Shown: positions 27,837 through 32,000 of the stretch, piece after piece
Layout: each line of letters begins with the position of its first letter
Position numbering within the stretch: the first letter of the stretch is position 1
Assembly (NCBI RefSeq): GCF_003428155.1
Contig: NZ_QLIR01000013.1
Location: 1 to 32,000, forward strand
Direction: 5' to 3'
From: Fastidiosibacter lacustris
GTDB lineage: Bacteria > Pseudomonadota > Gammaproteobacteria > Francisellales > Francisellaceae
DNA length: 32,000 nucleotides
The notes under the pieces: generated by a model
The model's database searches: none
What the model saw: only the letters and a program-made list of their open reading frames with translations
Told to the model about the DNA's origin: nothing
Made by a program: the position numbers and the translations under genes

Positions 27837-28535
27837 GGCTCATTATTATGGATAGTGTTTTATTTTGTCATAAAAATATGTAAGATATTCAATCAAAAAT
27901 GGCGAAAATTGATGTATGTTGCAGGAATTGCAACTCAATAAAAACAGTTAAAGCAGGTAAAAACCAATTGAAATCTAGTCCAAGTGGTGCGCAAAGGTAC
28001 CGTTGCCTAGATTGTGGCAAATACTTTCAACTTGAATATAAAGCACTAGGTCGGCTGCCCAAGATAAAAGAAAGAATTATTGATATGTGTAGCAATAGTA
28101 GTGGTATACGAGATACAGCACGTGTTTTAAAAGTTAGCACAAAAACCGTGATTAATACGATAAAAAAAGCCTGTAGATTGTTGAAATGTAACTGGAACTT
28201 ATTAATGAATATAAGCTCAGTTGTTGTGATGCCACTTATGCTTGAGCTTGATGAGTAATGGTCATATTTTGGAAACAAAAAGAACCAACGATAGCTTTGG
28301 TTAGCTATCTGCCATAAGATAAGTCAAATTGTTGCCTATTATTTTGGTAAGCGTACGCATGAAAGCTCTGAATTACTTTTTATGAAAAGCATGGCAACGA
28401 TGCTCAAGCGCTTGGTAGAAGCAAAGCAATATAGTCACAAGTCCAAACGTCCTGGCTTACCAATTTATCTTATTGGCGTTTTTACAGATAAACAAGAAAT
28501 GTCAACGGCTTTAGAGTAAAAAAGTAGATTAAACC
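27837..28535 (+). mobile_element. decayed IS1-family insertion sequence (boundaries approximate)
   Basis: It encloses the InsA/InsB-like reading frame. The left-end region cattattatggatagtgttttat resembles the IS1 terminal region CAACTTATTGATAGTGTTTTAT as I recall it. The putative right end ...gtagattaaacc has a GGT terminus on the reverse complement. The terminal inverted repeats are poorly conserved, so both ends are uncertain by 15 bp or more. Confidence 0.6.
27899..28519 (+). pseudogene. IS1-family transposase (InsA-InsB fused frame) inactivated by two in-frame stops and an internal deletion
   Basis: The Zn-finger/HTH part is CRNCNS...QRYRCLDCGKYFQLEY and IIDMCSNSSGIRDTARVLKVSTKTVINTIKK (compare IS1 InsA QRYLCSHCRKTWQLQF and [31 protein letters not shown]). 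The same frame then reads LELDE*WSYFGNKKNQR*LWLAICHKISQIVAYYFGKRT (compare InsB [23 protein letters not shown]...VVAHVFGERT). The stops are TAA at 28256-28258 (where Q is expected) and TAG at 28292-28294 (where W is expected). About 35 residues that would carry the second catalytic Asp (TDGW region) are missing. Confidence 0.8.
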
Positions 28536-28633
28536 TTGACCCTTTTAGAACAAAACAATCTGGCAAAACGAGTTGATCGCTTGCTTTTCCCTGTTATCAT
28601 AGGTTTGATACGTTTTACATACGAGGAAAAATA

Positions 28634-31132
28634 GTGGTGCTTAAGCGTAGTAAAAAAGCTAATACTCCAAAAATAGATAAAAAGGCAACTAAACAAGCTG
28701 CTAACCAGGCAAAGCCTAAAAAAGAAATTAATCAATTATTAGTCGATCGTTTACGTATTGCATGGTTGATACTAATGGGGGCTATTGCCTTGTTTTTACT
28801 ATTATCACTCTTTTCATACAACAGTAGCGATCCAGGCTGGACAATCGTTCAATCACAACTTCATATTTACAACTATGCTGGTATTGTTGGTGCCTACACC
28901 GCCAATGTTATTTTAGCTATTTGTGGTGTATTTGGCTTTCTGATCCCATTTATTCTGGTATATGGTGTATGGCAGCTATTTTTGGAACACAAAAATTTTT
29001 CTGAAAGTAGTACACTTTTGATGCTTGCTCGCTTTGTTGGCATCATTTTACTAATTGGTTCTGGTAGTGGTATCGCCGAAATTACATTATCTGTTTTTAC
29101 CGTTTATATGCCTGAAGGCTCAGGAGGTATTCTAGGTCAAGAAGTTGCAAAATATACGGTTTTATATCTTAGCACCACAGGTGGTGTATTTGCATTAATT
29201 GCTGCATTTGCACTTGGCTTAACTTTATTCTCGGGTGGTTTTTGGCTAAGGTCTATTGCGGCACTTATTCGCTTTTTAGCATTACAGATTAAAAATTTTT
29301 TCACCTCTACACCCGAAGAAAAAGCACAAAAAGCAAAAGAACGTGCTCAAAGAAAAATAGAAAAAGAAGTCTTAAGAGCTCAAAAGCAGGAACAAAAACA
29401 ACTGCAAAAAGAGCAAAAGGAAGCTGACAAACAGCAAAAACTTGATAGCGATGATAATATCAACATTTTAGCATTCAACGACCCTAATCTGATCCAAGAT
29501 GACCCTAAGATAGCGTTACCATACACACTACATGATAATCAATTCACCCTTGTTTCAAATTTGGACGATAATTTTTATGAGGAAGAAGAGCTACCTATTA
29601 CCACCCCATCTATTACTAAACCCTCCAAATCTAAAAAAATAAAACATAAAACTGATAAAATCACAGGTCTCCCTTCTTTAGACCTTTTGGATGATCCCAA
29701 AAACCAAAAGGAGCAGATATCAAAAGAATTTTTACAAAAAATGGCAACCCTTGTTGAAGAAAAACTTGCCGACTTTGGTATTCAAGTCAAGGTTATTGCT
29801 AGCTATCCAGGTCCTGTAATTACGCGCTTTGAAATTGAACTTGCTCCTGGTGTTAAGGTGAGTAAGTTAAGCGGACTTGCTCAGGACTTGGCACGCTCAC
29901 TTTCGGCGGCACGTGTGCGTGTGGTTGAAGTTATTCCAGGCAAACCTTATGTTGGTATTGAATTACCAAACCAAAAACGTGAAATCGTGCGCTTAAAAGA
30001 AGTGTTATCACATAAAAAATTCATCGACTCTAGCTCACCCCTTACGATGGGGCTTGGAGTGGATATTGCTGGGATTCCCGAAACCGTTAACCTTGCTAAA
30101 ATGCCACATTTGCTTGTCGCTGGTACCACTGGATCAGGTAAATCAGTGGGTGTTAATGCGATGATTATTAGCATGTTATATAAATCTGCACCCGATGATC
30201 TGCGCTTTATTATGATCGATCCTAAGATGCTTGAGCTTTCTATTTACGAAGGCATTCCACATTTATTAACTCCTGTGGTAACTGATATGAACGAAGCAGC
30301 TAATGCACTTCGTTGGTGTGTGAAAGAAATGGATCGCCGTTATGAACTTATGGCAGCAGCAGGAGTTAGAAATATCGCAGGATTAAATGAGAAAATTCAA
30401 GAAGCTGAAAAATCAGGCGAATCAATAAAAGATCCACTATGGTTAAAACTTCGCCCAGATCCAAAAGAAGATGCACCAATACTTGAGAAACTACCTTACA
30501 TTGTCGTGATTGCTGATGAGTTTGCCGATATGATGATGGTTGTTGGTAAAAAGGTTGAAGAGCTTATTGCGCGCTTAGCACAAAAAGCACGTGCCGCAGG
30601 AATTCACTTGATCCTTGCAACTCAACGTCCATCCGTCGACGTAGTCACAGGCTTAATCAAAGCAAACATCCCTACGCGAATTGCCTTTCAGGTCTCTTCA
30701 AAAATTGACTCTCGCACGATCTTAGATCAACAAGGTGCTGAGCAATTATTAGGTCATGGTGATATGCTTTATCTTCCACCTGGGTCTGGAGTGCCAACAC
30801 GTGTTCATGGTGCTTTTGTTGATGATGACGAAGTACATCGCGTAGTAGGTGCTTGGAAAGAAATGGGTGAACCTGAATATATTGATGATATAACCGCAAG
30901 TGACGAAGAGGTTGAAGGTGGTGAAGTTGAAGGTGATAGTAATGATCCACTCTACGATGAGGCCGTTAAGATTGTGCTTGAGACACAACGCGCGTCGATC
31001 TCAAACATCCAACGACGCTTACGTATCGGTTATAACCGCTCCGCACGACTGATTGAAGAAATGGAAGTTGCGGGTATTGTGAGTGAAATGCAGTCTAATG
31101 GCATGCGTGAAGTTTTAATCAAAAGGTCATAA
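28634..31132 (+). CDS. ftsK: DNA translocase FtsK
   Basis: 832 aa with a GTG start and a GAGGA Shine-Dalgarno sequence. It has N-terminal TM helices, a K/Q/E-rich linker, a motor domain ([11 protein letters not shown] Walker [12 protein letters not shown] Walker [10 protein letters not shown]) and a C-terminal gamma winged-helix domain ([25 protein letters not shown]). Confidence 0.96.
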   Translation: MVLKRSKKANTPKIDKKATKQAANQAKPKKEINQLLVDRLRIAWLILMGAIALFLLLSLFSYNSSDPGWTIVQSQLHIYNYAGIVGAYTANVILAICGVFGFLIPFILVYGVWQLFLEHKNFSESSTLLMLARFVGIILLIGSGSGIAEITLSVFTVYMPEGSGGILGQEVAKYTVLYLSTTGGVFALIAAFALGLTLFSGGFWLRSIAALIRFLALQIKNFFTSTPEEKAQKAKERAQRKIEKEVLRAQKQEQKQLQKEQKEADKQQKLDSDDNINILAFNDPNLIQDDPKIALPYTLHDNQFTLVSNLDDNFYEEEELPITTPSITKPSKSKKIKHKTDKITGLPSLDLLDDPKNQKEQISKEFLQKMATLVEEKLADFGIQVKVIASYPGPVITRFEIELAPGVKVSKLSGLAQDLARSLSAARVRVVEVIPGKPYVGIELPNQKREIVRLKEVLSHKKFIDSSSPLTMGLGVDIAGIPETVNLAKMPHLLVAGTTGSGKSVGVNAMIISMLYKSAPDDLRFIMIDPKMLELSIYEGIPHLLTPVVTDMNEAANALRWCVKEMDRRYELMAAAGVRNIAGLNEKIQEAEKSGESIKDPLWLKLRPDPKEDAPILEKLPYIVVIADEFADMMMVVGKKVEELIARLAQKARAAGIHLILATQRPSVDVVTGLIKANIPTRIAFQVSSKIDSRTILDQQGAEQLLGHGDMLYLPPGSGVPTRVHGAFVDDDEVHRVVGAWKEMGEPEYIDDITASDEEVEGGEVEGDSNDPLYDEAVKIVLETQRASISNIQRRLRIGYNRSARLIEEMEVAGIVSEMQSNGMREVLIKRS

Positions 31133-31134
31133 CA

Positions 31135-31797
31135 ATGAGGCAAAAATTTGAAAATATTCTCAAAGACACGCTCTTTATCATATTTAGCATTTTTGCTATT
31201 GATTTATGCTTTGCTAACAATAATACCGTCTCGCAGCCATCTGAGATAAATTATTCTGAACAAAGCCTTTTTGATAAACTTGCCAAGCTTAAAAACATGC
31301 ACGCAAGCTTCAATCAAACTATACTTAACCCACAACAAAAGCTTAAACAACAAAGCCAAGGTGAACTTTGGGTCAGTAAACCTAGCTTCTTTAAATGGCA
31401 GGTGCTAAGCCCACAAAAACAAATGCTATTGTCCAACGGTAAACAACTTTGGAATTACGACGAAGAACTTGAACAAATCACTATTAACGAAGTTCCTAAA
31501 AGCATCTCTCAAGCACCTTATCTTCTACTTTTAACAGGTGATAGCAAAACACTTAATCAGCTTTTTACTATTGAACGACTTAACGATAACACCTATCGCT
31601 TAACGCCAAAAGTCAAAGATCAATCCTTAATAAAATACATCAATATGACTTTTAAAGGCAATATTCCTACACATATGGTTATTGAAACAGAAACTGGGCA
31701 ATCTACCAACATTGAACTCTTAAATATATCAACTCAACTTATTCCTCAAAGTGTCTTTGAGTTCACACCTCCTCAAGGAGTTGATGTATTGGGATAA
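31135..31797 (+). CDS. lolA: outer-membrane lipoprotein carrier protein LolA
   Basis: 220 aa with a signal peptide. FNQTILNPQQKLKQQSQGELWVSKPSFFKWQV...LLSNGKQLWNYDEELEQI follows the LolA pattern. It occupies the conserved position 2 nt after ftsK. Confidence 0.9.
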   Translation: MRQKFENILKDTLFIIFSIFAIDLCFANNNTVSQPSEINYSEQSLFDKLAKLKNMHASFNQTILNPQQKLKQQSQGELWVSKPSFFKWQVLSPQKQMLLSNGKQLWNYDEELEQITINEVPKSISQAPYLLLLTGDSKTLNQLFTIERLNDNTYRLTPKVKDQSLIKYINMTFKGNIPTHMVIETETGQSTNIELLNISTQLIPQSVFEFTPPQGVDVLG

Positions 31798-32000
31798 CTT
31801 TATACTTTTATGTAAAATTAAGTGGTAAGTATAAAACCTATGTGTAATATATTCTTCACATAGAACAATCCTCAGAAAAAAGAACAAGGCTAAATGGTAA
31901 AAACGACATAAGCGAAAAACTTATATAAGTCAAGTTTCTTCTAAGGGAAATAAATGCACATATTAGAGAATATAAAACATATTGCTGAGTTACCTTTAAA

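Noticed and set aside
18326-28735. Remaining short track ORFs (16778..16972, 13910..14095, 18326..18526, 18492..18695, 18772..18966, 23803..24015, 24086..24322, 24162..24359, 26049..26291, 28027..28278, 28529..28735, 29947..30174)
   Set aside because: For the same reason: they are antisense or alternative-frame overlaps with pilB, the permuted-papain gene, gltA, uvrB, the IS1 relic or ftsK.
29300-29460. K/Q/E-rich repetitive stretch ([40 protein letters not shown]) as a possible repeat element
   Set aside because: It is in frame within ftsK, at the position of the variable low-complexity linker typical of FtsK proteins.
30672-30988. Minus-strand ORFs 30672..30950 and 30749..30988 inside ftsK
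   Set aside because: They are antisense shadows of the conserved FtsK motor and acidic region, with His/Leu-rich low-complexity translations.
31954-32000. ATG at 31954 opening an ORF (MHILENIKHIAELPL...) that runs off the right edge
   Set aside because: Only 15 codons are visible. It does not resemble the rarA N-terminus that often follows lolA, so it cannot be called.

Overview
This is a chromosomal segment from an AT-rich Gram-negative bacterium that looks gammaproteobacterial. It carries a Mip-type FKBP, PilB/PilC, a Fis-like protein and FtsK-LolA, but the taxon cannot be assigned without a database search. It is mostly housekeeping and envelope genes. Left to right: kdsD/kpsF; a 0.94-kb ORF-free stretch; a compact arn-like operon (SMR-type flippase subunit, ArnB, ArnC, stand-alone ArnA decarboxylase domain); xth; a Mip-like PPIase; gpmI; serS; a flavodoxin-like protein; a yciA-like thioesterase; proS; a small membrane protein; an exported VanX/DdpX-type dipeptidase; and pilC-pilB. 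Next comes a tightly coupled minus-strand gene string: a permuted NlpC/P60-like gene, a LolA-like gene, a 4HBT thioesterase, an LpxL-like acyltransferase, a GT2, a hot-dog dehydratase, trpF and a tail-anchored hypothetical. The window ends with gltA, uvrB, a Fis-like gene, a decayed IS1-family element, ftsK and canonical lolA. I found no rRNA, tRNA or CRISPR array. The best candidate for something undescribed is the intact five-gene module at 19043-22110. It has the gene order of the tailoring/export part of aryl-polyene-type lipid clusters, but the window holds no ketosynthase, ACP, ketoreductase or exporter, and the module is fused into one operon with trpF. Other points worth a second look: the arn-like operon lacks formyltransferase, ArnD and ArnT. 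The ORF-free stretch holds a decayed ORF whose internal stops are all TGA, plus a 142-bp palindromic MITE/ERIC-like element. The leader at the left edge is G-depleted and carries a reiterated DnaA-box-like motif. The IS1 relic has an A7 run at the canonical frameshift site. All family calls rest on motif recognition by eye, not on searches.
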